A stretch of 64,000 nt of DNA from Synechococcales cyanobacterium GL140_1_metabat_312 (GTDB taxonomy: Bacteria > Cyanobacteriota > Cyanobacteriia > Leptolyngbyales > Leptolyngbyaceae). Numbering within the stretch: the first letter of the stretch is position 1; each line of letters opens with the position of its first letter. A program made the translations under genes and the position numbers. This document shows, piece by piece, positions 44,301 through 56,808 of this stretch. The notes beneath the pieces are model-generated. The model made no database searches, was not told the DNA's origin, and saw nothing but the letters and a program-made list of their open reading frames with translations. The stretch lies in assembly GCA_025351345.1 (NCBI GenBank), contig JANXWB010000010.1:22330-86329 (forward strand), read 5' to 3'.

Positions 44301-45206
44301 CTAGCGACGACCACGACGGCTACTGCCAAACCCGGATGACCTGGAACTCCGACCACTGCCAAAGCTACCAGACCGAGGTTCGGACTGTGTTCGAGATCGC
44401 GTGGTTGTTCCATTTTTTAAATCACTTGAGCCAAAACCGGATCCAGTTGAACGATCGCGACCTGTCATGTCTTGAGGTGGTTTAGCGGTGTTGCCTCCCG
44501 TGGTACCCGATCGAATTCGGCCATTACTACGGAATGCCGTGCGGTTCTGCTCGACAGCAGGGGGCTGCTGATAGCGTTGTTGATAGGTATTAACAGCATC
44601 GCCATAGGTCCGTCCATAGCCGCCATACCCAGACATAGGTCCGCCAGATTGGAACTGAGGTGGCATGTAGTATTGGGGCCGAAATAACATGCTGCCGATC
44701 GCCTGACCCGCTAAACTGCCCGCCACGGATCCCGCAAAGGGTGACCAAAAATTTGATTCTTGACGCACGACGGTGGTTTCGGTGCGCCCGGTGTTGGGAT
44801 TCACTCGTTCTTCAGAGACGTTATGAACATATTCAAGTTTGAAGTCTTCAGTTAAATAAAGGGAGGGCTGTTGATTTTCAACTTTAAGATAGGGTTTCTT
44901 ACCTTCTTTAATTTGTTCATCCGTCAGACGGGCCATTTGGAGTTTTCGCGTTTTAAAACTTGCGGTAGGAGCATTCAAGAGCATCAAGGAATATTCACCG
45001 TCTGAGTCATCGAAGCTCGCCTGTTGAACTGGATATTCACCGTCGGGAATGGGAGTTTGAGATGCGATCGGAGCACCCACTTTTTTTTGGTCGCCGGACC
45101 GAACCTCTGCGGGCATATTTGTATTTGGATCGATCGTACGTTCAGATGAGGCACAAGCCGTGAGAACGAACGGAAGCAATAAGAAAAGAAAATATTTTAA
45201 CAGCAT
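44301..45206 (-). CDS. Lipoprotein with Gly-zipper-like segment and Arg/Ser/Gly-rich C-terminal tail
   Basis: MLLKYFLFLLLPFVLTAC (lipobox) from the ATG at 45206. The tail is SGSGFGSS...SGSFGSGRSSRSSGFGSSRRGRR. The track start at 45245 is TTG. Confidence 0.6.
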   Translation of the reverse strand: MLLKYFLFLLLPFVLTACASSERTIDPNTNMPAEVRSGDQKKVGAPIASQTPIPDGEYPVQQASFDDSDGEYSLMLLNAPTASFKTRKLQMARLTDEQIKEGKKPYLKVENQQPSLYLTEDFKLEYVHNVSEERVNPNTGRTETTVVRQESNFWSPFAGSVAGSLAGQAIGSMLFRPQYYMPPQFQSGGPMSGYGGYGRTYGDAVNTYQQRYQQPPAVEQNRTAFRSNGRIRSGTTGGNTAKPPQDMTGRDRSTGSGFGSSDLKNGTTTRSRTQSEPRSGSFGSGRSSRSSGFGSSRRGRR

Positions 45207-45290
45207 GAAAACACCATTTTTATGAGGGAAATTAGCAAAACACAAGGGGGAAATTCAATAACAGGCTGATGTTATGCGAAGGGATAGCCT

Positions 45291-45890
45291 CTACAAAGGA
45301 ATAAGTTCAGGAAATTGCTGCATTAAGTGGTCATCCGTTAATACATAACCCATTTGATCTGGAGAAAAATTGACTTGAATCGCTCGTAAACGTCGCTGAG
45401 CCTGAAGCGTACAAATTTGAGTCAATCCACGACGCAGAGCTTCAATGTTGGACAAATCCGTTTCCAGATCGAGGGCTTCACCTTCTAACGCTAACGTCAA
45501 CATCACCACAACGTTAGGAGTCATGGGAAGCGTGAGGGATTGATGGGGATCATCCGAAGACTGATCCGTCTCACTTAAGTAGCGGCGGGTGCAGTCAGTA
45601 AATAATTCATTCAAATAGTCACTAGCCTCTTCTTCAGACCAAAAAACGTCGCCTTCATTGTGAACAGAGGACCAATTAGTTTCCCGTTGAAGCAGGCTTT
45701 CACAGATTTCGACCAAAGACTCACCCATGATGGCTAAGTCTCCATCCGATTCGATCGCATCTTGGGCCGCTCGATTCAAAACGCCTAAAAGTGTCGTCGA
45801 TTCTGCACCTATTAAGGTAATAAATATCCGGACCACGACAATCCGACGTTTCCCGGTTAATGAATTAAAGCGATCGGTCCAAGAACTCAT
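45291..45890 (-). CDS. Conserved hypothetical acidic protein (possibly DUF1517-related)
   Basis: MSSWTDRFNSLTGKRRIVVVRIFITLIGAE... The track ORF extends to 45992, but that extension overlaps the rpoC2 terminator hairpin, so the Met at 45890 is preferred. Confidence 0.5.
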   Translation of the reverse strand: MSSWTDRFNSLTGKRRIVVVRIFITLIGAESTTLLGVLNRAAQDAIESDGDLAIMGESLVEICESLLQRETNWSSVHNEGDVFWSEEEASDYLNELFTDCTRRYLSETDQSSDDPHQSLTLPMTPNVVVMLTLALEGEALDLETDLSNIEALRRGLTQICTLQAQRRLRAIQVNFSPDQMGYVLTDDHLMQQFPELIPL

Positions 45891-45974
45891 AAGGATTTTT
45901 GGGAAATAGCTGACTTCAATTAGTCTAAGACGGTTTTTAGGGAAAGGCCACTTCGGGTTTCTGGAAAAAGAACA

Positions 45975-46001
45975 ATAAAAAAGGAGGGACATTGCCCTCC
46001 T
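45975..46001 (-). terminator. Rho-independent terminator of the rpoB-rpoC1-rpoC2 operon
   Basis: The minus strand reads aggagggCAATGTccctcct followed by ttttttatt. It lies 75 nt after the rpoC2 stop. Confidence 0.75.
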
Positions 46002-46076
46002 CTAAATCCGGAATCTAGTCCGGCATCATTGAGTCCATCTTAATGTGAGTCTTTGAATAAATCTCCGACCCCATCA

Positions 46077-49000
46077 CTACAGCCCATCATCATCCAATGC
46101 AAGAGAAGACGTGTCATCAATTAACTCGTCATCATCCACAACAGGAGAGAATCCAGGAGTGAGTTCTTCACCAAGAGCAGGCGCTCCAAAGCTCTCAAAG
46201 CTAAAGGTTGGACGATCCTCAAAACTATCTAGACCGTAGGCCCGTGCCGTCCGATCGTCCACAATTTCAGACATTTCCATGAGGTCATCATCTAGCACAT
46301 CGAACGTCAAATCGACTTCCGGAGTCCCTTGATCTTCGTAAGCATTGAAGCCTGTTCCCGCCGGGATCAAGCGACCAATGATGACATTTTCCTTAAGACC
46401 ACGGAGCCAATCAGATTTCCCTTCGATCGCAGCTTCCGTCAAGACGCGGGTGGTCTCTTGGAAGGATGCAGCAGAGATGAAGCTATCGGTATTCAGAGAT
46501 GCTTTCGTGATGCCCAGCAAAACAGGAGTGTACCTCGCTGGAGCGCCGCCCGTGATGGACATGGCTTCGTTGACTTGCTCAATCTGATACATTTCAACGA
46601 GTTCACCCGGCAGCATCGTGGTGTCACCCCCATCGTCTACCCGAACCTTAGAGGTCATTTGGCGGACAACGACTTCAATATGTTTGTCGGAAATGGTAAT
46701 ACCTTGGGATTGATATACCCCCTGGACTTCATTGACTAACAGGGACTGGACTACTTGCAAACTTGCCAAAGCAGCTTCGTAGGTGCCGAGTTGTTCGACT
46801 TTAGCCATGAACAACGTTTCAAGAAGTTCGTGGGGATTTGCTGGTCCGTCGGTCAACCGATCGCCCGCCGTAACGCGATCGCCGTCAATCACAATGGATT
46901 GCTGACCAGGCCCGATCGGATATTCCGTAATCAAGCCGTCATTATCAACCACTTTGATTTCTACGGATTCATCATCTCCGTAAACCACTTGTGCTACGCC
47001 ATTTTGACGAGCCAAAACGCCGGGTTCTTTGGGCTTACGAGCTTCAAGAAGTTCTTCAATTCGAGGCAAACCTTGAATAATATCTCCAGTTTTCGCCCGT
47101 TCAAAAATCAACAGCACAAGATTATCACCCCGTTGGACGAGATCGCCATTGTCGATGTGCAACACGGCACCGGGAGACACACGATAGGGACGAGCCGATC
47201 GCATTTTTACCTGATTTCCAGATACCGAAATAACTTGGCCAGATTCGATAATGTCGTCATCTGCCACCACCAACTCATCCACTTCAACCGTGCGGCCTTT
47301 AGTTTCAACAGTGACGGTATCGGCTTCACGGACCACTAGAATTCGGCGAATCGCTTCTCCATCTTCTCGAATCCCCTGAACAACTCCCGTTTCCTTACAA
47401 AGAGTTTCGATGCGCGCAACTACGGAACCGGGATCGATTTGATCCCCGTCTTTAACTAAGATACGCGTATTCGTTGGGCCTTGAGTCGTATCAGCAGCAA
47501 TATCACGACGAACAACTAGGGATTCTAGAATCACCAATTGAAGGCGCATCAAATCGTCGCCCAACGTTTCATCTTCTAAGAGTTCGATATCTGCGGCAAT
47601 TTGATTTCCCTCGTGGTCTACATCTAAAACAAGTTGGGTGCGGATCAAGTCAATACCCTCGATCGATCGGACCCGTTCGCCATCTTTGTATGCTGTTCGC
47701 TGAATCGATCGCAAGCGAATGCCACGACCGGATCCAGGACCCGATACGGATTGTTTGGGTGCAGGTGGCTCGTCGGGAACTTCAAATTCCTCAACAGGAC
47801 GCAGAAGCATCGCTGGCCCTTCGGGGGTTTCCACGAATTCGGCATAGCGCAACTCGGTGGCTATGAGTCCCGGCATAATTTCTTGACCCGGGTTAACAAG
47901 AGTCGCTTCACGGGTGACTAGACCATCTAGGCTATCCACCATATGTAAGTCACCCGGTTTAACAACAATCTCTCTCAAGATGTCGTTCTTTTGGGTTACT
48001 TCGACAATTCCACTGCTTTGACAGAAGACTTCCTTAACGACTTCAGTCCCCGCTTCAACGAATTGTCCGTCCTCAACCATCAACAAAGAAATATCCTTAT
48101 TGACTTCATGAGACTCTTCCGGAACCCAAAGAATAGTCCCACCTTTGAGAATTTCGTAGCCCTGTTTTGCCTTGCCGCGTTTGCCAACTTCAAGACCCGA
48201 AAACTTGATGATGCCACCCGTTTTCGTGCGATAACGATCGTCAATCAACTCAGCAACAATTTGGCCCGCTGCAACTTGGCTTCCCGGAGCAGCCTTAAGG
48301 GAATAGATCTGACCGTTGGTAATTTCCATACGGTATTGATCTCCACCTTGGTGGGTCTCAATTTTGCGAACCTGAGCTTCATCCAACAACACGGAGGAGG
48401 TGATGATTTGAATCTCACGCCCCCCTTTGCCTTCGCTGCCTTCTGGAAGCCGGACCATACCGCCATTTTCGGTAGTGAGTTTCGTTTCAGCAATAATGCC
48501 ACCAACTTCTACGGCATCACCATTTTTGACCGTCGGTTCAGCCGCAGGTGGAAGGTTGTAAACATCACCAGACAGCACCCAGATCAAACCGCCTCGTTGC
48601 GCGACGCGAGTGGTGTTGCCTTGTCTATCCTTTTTGTCTTCTGGAACCACGTCGGCAAAGTTAACTTCACCCGCCAAGTGGGATGACACATCCATTGCTG
48701 CTTTTTCAGTGGTTTTGCGCGATCGTCCAGAAAGCGGAACTTCAGTCAGAATTTGTCCCTTTTTAACCTTTTGACCATCTCGAACCATGACGGTTGTACC
48801 TTGGGTAAAGGTAAAGGTCTGGTCGCCCTCTGGGCCGTCTACTGTAATTTTGTTGTTGACATCTGTTGCCGACTCGACGGTGTAAACATCTTCGCCATGG
48901 CGGGTTCGGAATGTCCGGACTTTGAGCTTCTTGCCAAACTTAACGGTCCCAGCAAACGGCGCTTTATCTTGACGAGCAACTTCACCCGTAAAGACACCAC

Positions 49001-50033
49001 CCGTGTGGAATGTCCGCATGGTGAGCTGAGTTCCCGGTTCACCAATAGACTGAGCGGCGATGATACCGACTGCTTCGCCGATATCAACGAAGTGACCATG
49101 GGCCAGACTCCAACCATAGCAAAGTTGGCAAACCGAGCGGGTTGATTCACAGGTGAGCGGCGAGCGGACTAGGACTTCTGAAACTTTAGCCTCACCGACT
49201 CGTTCCGCCATTGCATCAGAAACAGCCTCGTTCCGAGAGACAATCACTTCACCCGTTTCAGGATGAACAACATCTACAGCAACGACGCGACCCAAGAGCC
49301 GATCTTTTACCGGAATCAAGACTTGATCGTCATCCATCATGGCTCGAACAGGAATGTTCCGCGTAGTGCCACAGTCGATTTCACGAATAATCATGTCCTG
49401 GGAAACATCCACAAGACGACGGGTTAGATACCCGGAATCCGCCGTTCGCAATGCCGTATCGACCAATCCTTTACGGGCACCGTAGGACGAAATGATATAT
49501 TCCGTTACGGTTAGTCCTTCCCGGAAATTTGTCTTAATTGGCAAGTCAATGATTTCCCCTTGAGGGTTAGCCATCAGACCACGCATTCCAACGAGCTGAC
49601 GCACCTGGGAAATATTTCCCCGCGCACCGGAGAACGCCATCATATAAACAGAGTTCAAGGGATCATTCGATCTAAAGTGCTTAACCACTTCGTCCTTAAG
49701 GTCTTCAGAGGCTCCATTCCAAGTATCAATCACCTTCTGGAATCGTTCCACTTCGGTAATTTCACCGCGTGTGTACTTCTCCTCCGTTACTCGAATAGTC
49801 TCTTCAGCCGCTTCTAGCAACGCTTTCTTAATCGGCGGAATTTGAAGATCATCCACCGAAATGGATACGCCAGCTTTAGTTGCATACTTGAAGCCCATCT
49901 CCTTCACCGCATCAGCCATTTGAGCCGTTCGAGCGGTTCCATAGGTGCGAAATGACCAAGCAACTAAGTTCTGAAGCTGCTTCTTGTTGATGACCTTGTT
50001 ACGAAAAATTTGTTTAGGCTGCTGCTCTGCCAT
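46077..50033 (-). CDS. rpoC2: DNA-directed RNA polymerase subunit beta' (cyanobacterial C-terminal half, RpoC2)
   Basis: [20 protein letters not shown]..., SGARGN, the trigger-loop/bridge region and the large lineage-specific insertion. The track start at 50078 is TTG. Confidence 0.97.
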   Translation of the reverse strand: MAEQQPKQIFRNKVINKKQLQNLVAWSFRTYGTARTAQMADAVKEMGFKYATKAGVSISVDDLQIPPIKKALLEAAEETIRVTEEKYTRGEITEVERFQKVIDTWNGASEDLKDEVVKHFRSNDPLNSVYMMAFSGARGNISQVRQLVGMRGLMANPQGEIIDLPIKTNFREGLTVTEYIISSYGARKGLVDTALRTADSGYLTRRLVDVSQDMIIREIDCGTTRNIPVRAMMDDDQVLIPVKDRLLGRVVAVDVVHPETGEVIVSRNEAVSDAMAERVGEAKVSEVLVRSPLTCESTRSVCQLCYGWSLAHGHFVDIGEAVGIIAAQSIGEPGTQLTMRTFHTGGVFTGEVARQDKAPFAGTVKFGKKLKVRTFRTRHGEDVYTVESATDVNNKITVDGPEGDQTFTFTQGTTVMVRDGQKVKKGQILTEVPLSGRSRKTTEKAAMDVSSHLAGEVNFADVVPEDKKDRQGNTTRVAQRGGLIWVLSGDVYNLPPAAEPTVKNGDAVEVGGIIAETKLTTENGGMVRLPEGSEGKGGREIQIITSSVLLDEAQVRKIETHQGGDQYRMEITNGQIYSLKAAPGSQVAAGQIVAELIDDRYRTKTGGIIKFSGLEVGKRGKAKQGYEILKGGTILWVPEESHEVNKDISLLMVEDGQFVEAGTEVVKEVFCQSSGIVEVTQKNDILREIVVKPGDLHMVDSLDGLVTREATLVNPGQEIMPGLIATELRYAEFVETPEGPAMLLRPVEEFEVPDEPPAPKQSVSGPGSGRGIRLRSIQRTAYKDGERVRSIEGIDLIRTQLVLDVDHEGNQIAADIELLEDETLGDDLMRLQLVILESLVVRRDIAADTTQGPTNTRILVKDGDQIDPGSVVARIETLCKETGVVQGIREDGEAIRRILVVREADTVTVETKGRTVEVDELVVADDDIIESGQVISVSGNQVKMRSARPYRVSPGAVLHIDNGDLVQRGDNLVLLIFERAKTGDIIQGLPRIEELLEARKPKEPGVLARQNGVAQVVYGDDESVEIKVVDNDGLITEYPIGPGQQSIVIDGDRVTAGDRLTDGPANPHELLETLFMAKVEQLGTYEAALASLQVVQSLLVNEVQGVYQSQGITISDKHIEVVVRQMTSKVRVDDGGDTTMLPGELVEMYQIEQVNEAMSITGGAPARYTPVLLGITKASLNTDSFISAASFQETTRVLTEAAIEGKSDWLRGLKENVIIGRLIPAGTGFNAYEDQGTPEVDLTFDVLDDDLMEMSEIVDDRTARAYGLDSFEDRPTFSFESFGAPALGEELTPGFSPVVDDDELIDDTSSLALDDDGL

Positions 50034-50114
50034 GGGTGCCCCACCGGAATACTGGATGTTCGATTTTTTATGACTCAAGGGCTAAGAAGCAGATGCTACT
50101 TGCCCTACCGATGA

Positions 50115-51989
50115 TTAGTAGTCTGTTAGGACGTCAATAACCGTTTTGTTGTAGATAATTCGGCCCGGTGTTGTCTTAACGTATTGGGAAATTAACACCC
50201 CATCACGATCGTGGCGGGTTCGACGATAGTCATACAAACGCGTCACTACGCCCTCGTCTGTCGTTTGCTCTTCTTTGAGTTCATCCGGGAAATCAGATTC
50301 GACATCACCGTCAAATCGAACCCACACATAAGCATGGATTTCCACCAGCTTCTGCTCATAGGCCATGATGGCATCATCTAGATCCGCAAAGTAACGACCT
50401 GCTCCGATCGTAGCCTTCGGATTCTCTGCCGTGAGGTAGTAGCATCCAAGGACCATATCCTGAGATGGCGTAATGATCGGTCCGCCTGTTGCAGGAGACA
50501 AGATATTATTAGAGGCCAACATGAGAAGACGGGCTTCAGCTTGGGCTTCAATGGAAAGTGGGACATGCACCGCCATTTGGTCTCCGTCGAAATCCGCGTT
50601 AAACGCCGGACATACGAGGGGATGAAGCTGAATAGCTCGACCATCTACTAAAATCGGCTCAAACGCTTGAATCCCTAAACGGTGAAGGGTCGGTGCTCGG
50701 TTCAACATGACCGGGTGTCCTTCGATCACCTCATCCAAGACATCCCAAATTTGGGGATCATTACGTTGGATTAGCTTCTTCGCCGCTTTGATGTTGTTGA
50801 CCAGCCCTTGACGAATCAAGCGATGAATCACAAAGGGTTGGAAGAGTTCGATCGCCATTTCTTTGGGCAAACCGCACTGATGAATCTTCAGATTAGGACC
50901 GACAACGATGACACTTCGTCCAGAGTAGTCAACTCGTTTGCCCAGAAGATTTTGACGGAAACGTCCTTGTTTTCCTTCGATAATGTCAGACAAGGATTTA
51001 AGCGGCCGATTGTTTGCACCAACGACGGTTCGTCCTCGACGCCCATTGTCAATCAAGGCATCGACGGCTTCCTGAAGCATCCGTTTTTCGTTGCGGACAA
51101 TAATTTCAGGGGCAAGGATTTCTTGAAGACGGGCAAGACGATTATTCCGATTGATCACGCGACGATATAAATCATTCAAGTCAGAAGTCGCAAAACGACC
51201 GCCATCCAGCTGAACCATCGGACGCAAATCCGGCGGAATCACCGGAATGAGATCCAGTATCATCCAACTTGGTTTAGACCCTGTTGCAATGAAATTATCG
51301 ATCACCCGCAACCGCTTGATGTATTTCGCACGTTTCTGCCCCTTGGAGACTGCGATTTCTTCTCGAAGACGTTCAGCCTCTTCATCAAGAGGAATATCCG
51401 CCAATAACTGCTGAAGGGCTTCAGCTCCGATCCCAACTTCAACGCCCTCAATTTTGGAATCTTCGCTATATAGCTCATCCTCAATTTCAATCCACTGATC
51501 TTCAGTCAGTAGCTGTTTGTAAGTCAGGTTTTCCGAATTTCCCGCATTCAACACCACGTAGGCATTGAAGTAGACGATTTGCTCGACATCGCGCAAGGGC
51601 ATGTCCAACAAGATAGCCATGTAACTTGGAATCCCTTTGAGATACCAAACGTGAGCGACAGGAGCCGCGAGTTTGATATAGCCCATACGGTGACGGCGCA
51701 CGCGAGACTCTGTAACTTCAACGCCACACCGTTCGCACACAATGCCCCGGTGACGGACGCGCTTGTATTTGCCGCAATGACATTCCCAGTCTTTCGCTGG
51801 CCCAAAGATTCGTTCACAGAAAAGACCATCCATTTCCGGCTTAAGGGTCCGGTAGTTGATGGTTTCGGGCTTGGTCACTTCACCCACCACTTGGCCGTTG
51901 GGTAAGCTTCGCTCTCCCCACTCACGGATCCGCTCGGGAGAGGCTAGACCAATTTTTACGTAGTCAAATCGCTGTTCAATTTTTGGCAT
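50115..51989 (-). CDS. rpoC1: DNA-directed RNA polymerase subunit gamma (RpoC1)
   Basis: Zinc-binding [23 protein letters not shown] and the catalytic [12 protein letters not shown]. Confidence 0.97.
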   Translation of the reverse strand: MPKIEQRFDYVKIGLASPERIREWGERSLPNGQVVGEVTKPETINYRTLKPEMDGLFCERIFGPAKDWECHCGKYKRVRHRGIVCERCGVEVTESRVRRHRMGYIKLAAPVAHVWYLKGIPSYMAILLDMPLRDVEQIVYFNAYVVLNAGNSENLTYKQLLTEDQWIEIEDELYSEDSKIEGVEVGIGAEALQQLLADIPLDEEAERLREEIAVSKGQKRAKYIKRLRVIDNFIATGSKPSWMILDLIPVIPPDLRPMVQLDGGRFATSDLNDLYRRVINRNNRLARLQEILAPEIIVRNEKRMLQEAVDALIDNGRRGRTVVGANNRPLKSLSDIIEGKQGRFRQNLLGKRVDYSGRSVIVVGPNLKIHQCGLPKEMAIELFQPFVIHRLIRQGLVNNIKAAKKLIQRNDPQIWDVLDEVIEGHPVMLNRAPTLHRLGIQAFEPILVDGRAIQLHPLVCPAFNADFDGDQMAVHVPLSIEAQAEARLLMLASNNILSPATGGPIITPSQDMVLGCYYLTAENPKATIGAGRYFADLDDAIMAYEQKLVEIHAYVWVRFDGDVESDFPDELKEEQTTDEGVVTRLYDYRRTRHDRDGVLISQYVKTTPGRIIYNKTVIDVLTDY

Positions 51990-52110
51990 CGCGTTCCACT
52001 TCCTGAAGTGCTGAATGGGGATTGAATGAGGGAAAAATGAGACAGCATAAATTCACATGCCTAGAGATCGGTAGAGCTGCGAGTCTACCGACCTAATCTG
52101 CCAACGATCG

Positions 52111-55100
52111 TTAGTCTTCTTCCATGGAGGAACCGCTGGCAATGGATTCGTAGACCGGGCGTGCTGGCGCTTTTTTAGAGTTCACATCAGCCATCAGATC
52201 CACTTCAATATCGCGGCTACTACCGTCTTCACGAGTCTCGACTTTATGGACAGCTACATCTAGACAGAGGGACTGTAGCTCTCGCATCAAGACCTTGAAC
52301 GACTCCGGTGTCCCTGGGCGAGGGATTGCTTTACCCTTGACGATCGCATTAAGCGCTTCGTTTCGCCCTTGCATATCATCAGACTTCACGGTTAATAGCT
52401 CTTGCAGAATATAAGCAGCCCCGAATGCCTCCAATGCCCATACTTCCATTTCTCCAAATCGCTGCCCCCCTTGTTGCGCTTTACCACCCAAGGGCTGTTG
52501 CGTAACTAAGGAATATGGACCTGTCGATCGGGCATGAATCTTGTCATCAACTAAGTGGACAAGTTTCAGCATGTAGGCTTTTCCGACGGTGACAGCACGA
52601 TCGAATGCTTCCCCAGTCCGTCCGTCAAAAACCGGAATCTTGCCGGGATTATCTTCAGCAAAGAGCCATTCGCCTTCCCCGGTGTGATCAATCCGATGCT
52701 CACGAGCCATGTAGAGCTTATGATGCACGGTTTCACGAGATTTTTGTTCCCCATGCATTTCATCAAACGGCACAATTTTAAAGCGCACATTTAAGTTGTC
52801 GGCAGCCCACCCAAGTAAGCATTCGTAAACCTGTCCCACGTTCATCCGACTCGGTACACCAAGTGGATTAAGAACGATGTCCATAGGGGTGCCATCAGGC
52901 AGGTAAGGCATGTCTTCGATCGGCAGAATCCGGGAAATAATCCCCTTGTTTCCATGCCGTCCGGCCATTTTGTCACCCACTTGGATCTTCCGTTTCTGAG
53001 CAACGTAGACCCGCACTACCATGTTTGCACCGGGAGGCAATTCATCACCTTGTTCACGAGTAAAGAGACGAACATCAACAATGCGGCCTTTTTCTCCGTT
53101 TGGAACGCGGAGTGAGTTATCACGGACATCTCTGGCTTTTTCTCCAAAGATAGCTCGCAATAATTTCTCTTCCGGCGGCTGATCGGATTCACCCTTGGGC
53201 GTGACTTTACCGACCAAGATGTCCCCCGATGTGACCCAAGCCCCAACCCGAATAATTCCGTTTTCATCAAGATTACGCAGAGCATCTTCACCAACGTTTG
53301 GAATTTCTCGGGTAATCTCTTCAGGCCCAAGCTTGGTTTGACGCGCTTCGATTTCAAATTTTTCAATGTGAATCGAGGTGTACACATCATCAAAGACAAG
53401 GCGTTCGCTAATCAGAATTGCATCCTCATAGTTGTAGCCCTCCCATGGCATGTAGGCGACCAGAATATTTTGCCCCAGAGCAAGTTCGCCCTTTTCAGTC
53501 GCTGAACCATCAGCCAAAATTTGACCTTCTAAAACCTTTTCACCCAATTTCACAATCGGTTTTTGGTTCAGGCAAGTATCTTGGTTCGATCGTTGATACT
53601 TTTGAACAAAATAATCTTGTTCACGGGTACCATCACTCGGCTTAATGCGAATACGAGTCGCGTCTACGTAACTCACTTGACCATTAGTCCGGCTGATAAT
53701 CACCATTCCACTATCACGGGCTGCTTGCGCTTCCAAGCCCGTACCCACCAAGGGCCGCTCGGGTCTCAGCAATGGCACGGCTTGACGCTGCATGTTGGAT
53801 CCCATCAGCGCTCGGTTAGCATCATCGTGCTCAAGGAATGGAATTAGTGAGGTTGCTACAGAAATAATCTGTACCGGAGAGACCGCCACATAATCAACAT
53901 CTTCAGGAAGTGCAACGGTAAAATCTTGACGATATCGAACCGTGAGCTTGTCACTGGTAATTCGATTGGATTCGTCGGTAGAGATATCTCCAGCCGCAAC
54001 CCGGAAGTCATCTTCCTCATCGGCTGTCATGCTGATCCAACCCAAATCTCGACGGACAATTCCATTTTCAACTCGGTAGAACGGTGTGGAGATAAAGCCG
54101 TAGGAATTTACGCTGGCATGGGTCGCAAGGGAACCAATCAATCCAGCATTCGGACCTTCCGGCGTTTCAACAGGGCAAATCCGTCCGTAGTGAGACGGGT
54201 GAATATCACGTACGGCAAATCCGGCACGTTCACGGGTCAATCCGCCAGGTCCAAGGGCACTAATCCGACGTTTATGGGTCAACTCCGCAAGAGGGTTGGT
54301 TTGGTCCATAAACTGAGAAAGTTGAGAAGATCCGAAGAACTCCTTGATCGCGGCGACTAGGGGCTTAGGGTTCACCAAAGACGCAGGAGTCAATGTAGCC
54401 GAGTCTGAAACGGTCATTCGCTCACGAATAATCCGCTCTAGTCGGTTTAAGCCTACGCGAACTTGATTTTGTAGTAGCTCACCAACGGATCGCACTCGGC
54501 GATTTCCTAGGTGGTCAATATCATCAATTTGACCGATGTCAAATTCCAAGTTGATCAGGTAATCGATCGCAGTCAGGATGTCCTGAGGCGTGAGAACCCG
54601 CATGGAGTCAGGCACTGTAAGATGAAGCTTACGATTGAGTTTGTAACGACCAACTTTACCCAAGTCATAGCGCTTGGGGTCAAAGAAACGTGATTCTAAG
54701 AGTTGTGCTCCACCTGCAACAGTCGGAGGTTCGCCCGGACGGAGCTTACGATACAGCTCCATGAGCGCATCATCTTCAGTAAATTCGCCTTCTTTTTCGA
54801 TCGTTTTCTGGAAATACTCAGGATGACGAAGCGCATCTAGGATTTCACTAGTAGACAAACCGAGAGACTTGAGCAGAACTTGGGCTGAAAGTTTCCGGGT
54901 CTTATCAATGCGGACCCAAACTAGGCCATTTTTGTCGGTCTCAAACTTAAGCCACGCGCCTCGGTTTGGGATTAGGCTTGCATTGTAGGTCCGGCGACCA
55001 TTTTTATCGGTTTCCGATTTGTAGTAAACCCCTGGACTCCGCACGATTTGATTGACAATGACCCGTTCTGCACCGTTGATGATGAAGGTTCCCCGATCGG

Positions 55101-55425
55101 TCATGAGGGGCAAATCACCAATAAAGACTTCCTGTTCGGTGATTTCACCTGTCTCTTTGTTGATTAATCGAGTTGGAACATACATCTGTACGGCATAGGT
55201 AGAATCCCGCCGCTTTGCTTCATCTACATCGTATTTCGGACGCTTTAGCTTGTAATCTTTACCGACAAAGTGAAGCTCTAGTTTCCCAGTATAATCGGTG
55301 ATAGGAGAAAAACTATCTAATTCTTCAACCAAACCTTCTTCTAGAAACCAACGGAAGCTCGCCCGCTGGATTTCAACTAAGTCTGGCAGAACGAAAGCAG
55401 GGGCGGTGTAGGCTAGCTCAGTCAT
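52111..55425 (-). CDS. rpoB: DNA-directed RNA polymerase subunit beta
   Basis: 1104 aa with [32 protein letters not shown] and other beta-subunit signatures. GAGGAG lies 5 nt upstream of the ATG. Confidence 0.97.
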   Translation of the reverse strand: MTELAYTAPAFVLPDLVEIQRASFRWFLEEGLVEELDSFSPITDYTGKLELHFVGKDYKLKRPKYDVDEAKRRDSTYAVQMYVPTRLINKETGEITEQEVFIGDLPLMTDRGTFIINGAERVIVNQIVRSPGVYYKSETDKNGRRTYNASLIPNRGAWLKFETDKNGLVWVRIDKTRKLSAQVLLKSLGLSTSEILDALRHPEYFQKTIEKEGEFTEDDALMELYRKLRPGEPPTVAGGAQLLESRFFDPKRYDLGKVGRYKLNRKLHLTVPDSMRVLTPQDILTAIDYLINLEFDIGQIDDIDHLGNRRVRSVGELLQNQVRVGLNRLERIIRERMTVSDSATLTPASLVNPKPLVAAIKEFFGSSQLSQFMDQTNPLAELTHKRRISALGPGGLTRERAGFAVRDIHPSHYGRICPVETPEGPNAGLIGSLATHASVNSYGFISTPFYRVENGIVRRDLGWISMTADEEDDFRVAAGDISTDESNRITSDKLTVRYRQDFTVALPEDVDYVAVSPVQIISVATSLIPFLEHDDANRALMGSNMQRQAVPLLRPERPLVGTGLEAQAARDSGMVIISRTNGQVSYVDATRIRIKPSDGTREQDYFVQKYQRSNQDTCLNQKPIVKLGEKVLEGQILADGSATEKGELALGQNILVAYMPWEGYNYEDAILISERLVFDDVYTSIHIEKFEIEARQTKLGPEEITREIPNVGEDALRNLDENGIIRVGAWVTSGDILVGKVTPKGESDQPPEEKLLRAIFGEKARDVRDNSLRVPNGEKGRIVDVRLFTREQGDELPPGANMVVRVYVAQKRKIQVGDKMAGRHGNKGIISRILPIEDMPYLPDGTPMDIVLNPLGVPSRMNVGQVYECLLGWAADNLNVRFKIVPFDEMHGEQKSRETVHHKLYMAREHRIDHTGEGEWLFAEDNPGKIPVFDGRTGEAFDRAVTVGKAYMLKLVHLVDDKIHARSTGPYSLVTQQPLGGKAQQGGQRFGEMEVWALEAFGAAYILQELLTVKSDDMQGRNEALNAIVKGKAIPRPGTPESFKVLMRELQSLCLDVAVHKVETREDGSSRDIEVDLMADVNSKKAPARPVYESIASGSSMEED

Positions 55426-55466
55426 GCGTCTCCTCTAAGGGGTCACGTCGAAAACGCGAACCCCAT

Positions 55467-55495
55467 ATTCTAGGTTTCTTTTACAAATATGTCAA
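55467..55495 (-). promoter_or_regulatory. Consensus sigma-70 promoter for rpoB (TTGACA-17-TAGAAT)
   Basis: The minus strand reads ccTTGACAtatttgtaaaagaaaccTAGAATatgggg. The -10 element ends 41 nt upstream of the rpoB ATG. Confidence 0.6.
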
Positions 55496-55500
55496 GGTCG

Positions 55501-55530
55501 GAATCTCTGTAATATATTTTTCAGAGATTC
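55501..55530 (-). terminator. 9-bp perfect stem-loop after tatD (candidate terminator or processing site, no U-tract)
   Basis: gaatctctg-N12-cagagattc, lying 19 nt after the tatD stop and just upstream of the rpoB promoter. Confidence 0.35.
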
Positions 55531-55548
55531 AAGGATGAGAGATGAGGT

Positions 55549-56352
55549 CTAGGAGCCTGGAACCGAGATCAACTCCAAACCAAATAGGCGACAGGCGTTG
55601 AGTGTGGTCTGCATTGCGATCGTTTCCACAGGAGTAGTCCTAAGATGGGCAAGTTGATGAGCGACATGCTGAACATAAGAGGGTTCATTTCGTTTTTCAC
55701 CACGCTTGGGCACAGGCGATAAAAACGGGCAATCCGTTTCAATCAACAACCGATCCAAGGGAACTATCTGAGCAGAAGCGTGAATTTGCTCTGCTTTTTT
55801 AAAAGTCACAGTTCCGCTGAAACTGATGTACATTCCCAGATCTAGAAACCAACTCGTTTCTTCTGGGGTGCCACCCCAACAGTGCATCACACCCCGGACC
55901 GATCGACCCCGACTCTTGAACTGTCGGAGACAATCAGCCATTTGAACGGCTGCGTCTCGACAATGAATAATCACAGGAAGATCTAGTTCAGCCGCAATTT
56001 CGAGCTGTGAATTTAAGGCGACAATTTGCTGATCTGGGTTATCCGCTTTAAAGAAGTCAAGCCCGGTTTCTCCGATCGCCACAACGCGAACATCGGACTG
56101 AGCCAAGGACTTAATTTCTTTAACAAGCGCATCAGTCCAGAGGGTTGATACATCCAATGGATGGAGTCCCACAGCAAAGGCTACCTCAGGAAAACGATCG
56201 GCAATCGATTGAATTCGACCAAACTCTGACGGTTCAACACACGAATGAACCAGTCTAACTACACCAGCTTCCCGCCAACGGGCTGCTACAGCATCTAGAT
56301 CTGGCTCAAACGTCTCAAAATTTATGTGTACGTGAGTGTCAATGAGTTGCAT
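55549..56352 (-). CDS. tatD: TatD-family metal-dependent hydrolase/DNase
   Basis: [33 protein letters not shown] and ETDCPFLSP. The track start at 56373 adds 7 residues. Confidence 0.9.
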   Translation of the reverse strand: MQLIDTHVHINFETFEPDLDAVAARWREAGVVRLVHSCVEPSEFGRIQSIADRFPEVAFAVGLHPLDVSTLWTDALVKEIKSLAQSDVRVVAIGETGLDFFKADNPDQQIVALNSQLEIAAELDLPVIIHCRDAAVQMADCLRQFKSRGRSVRGVMHCWGGTPEETSWFLDLGMYISFSGTVTFKKAEQIHASAQIVPLDRLLIETDCPFLSPVPKRGEKRNEPSYVQHVAHQLAHLRTTPVETIAMQTTLNACRLFGLELISVPGS

Positions 56353-56385
56353 CGGCCAATTCATCCCTATCACCTGAACGCGGAG

Positions 56386-56676
56386 CTATTTGGTCGTCGC
56401 TTTCTTGATTGCATTTGCCAAATTCGACTTTTTACGCGCTGCATTGTTGCGATGGATGACTCCACATTTCACAGCCTTGTCAATTTTGCTGGTTGCAGCA
56501 GACATGGACAAGGTGAGTTCCTTTAGCACTTCATCAGAAGGAGCCGCAACGTATTTGTCTACTGCGACCATACATTTTTTAACCAGTGTCTTCATAGCAG
56601 AAGAATAGTTTTTGTTGCGGACGCGATTACGCTCGGCAATTTCGACTCGTTTGACAGAAGATTTAATGTTAGGCAC
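56386..56676 (-). CDS. rpsT: 30S ribosomal protein S20
   Basis: (GTG)PNIKSSVKRVEIAERNRVRNKNYSSAMKTLVKK, 96 aa, basic. Confidence 0.92.
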   Translation of the reverse strand: MPNIKSSVKRVEIAERNRVRNKNYSSAMKTLVKKCMVAVDKYVAAPSDEVLKELTLSMSAATSKIDKAVKCGVIHRNNAARKKSNLANAIKKATTK

Positions 56677-56808
56677 GGCAGCTCTCGGAGGTAACGACGA
56701 ATATTTAACGGTTTTCCCGGCTTATTAGTGTAGCACCGATCGTTCATAGAACATGATTTCCAAAAATCCAGTTAAGCTATTAAAACGAACTCACTTCCCC
56801 CCTCCTCC

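Noticed and set aside
46329-49817. Numerous long plus-strand ORFs (for example 47991..48686 at 231 aa, 46755..47339 at 194 aa, 48753..49145) opposite rpoC2. Similar ORFs lie opposite rpoB, rpoC1, ndhF (35532..36095), glgA, the AAA+ gene and the aminotransferase.
   Set aside because: They lie antisense to strongly conserved, unambiguous genes. Their composition is Arg/His/Ser/Phe-rich with no motifs, and they lack plausible starts or SD sequences. They are shadow ORFs.
46077-50033. The very large RpoC2 (about 1318 aa), with a long insertion, as a possible novelty.
   Set aside because: The split beta' and the large lineage-specific insertion in the trigger-loop region are established cyanobacterial features.
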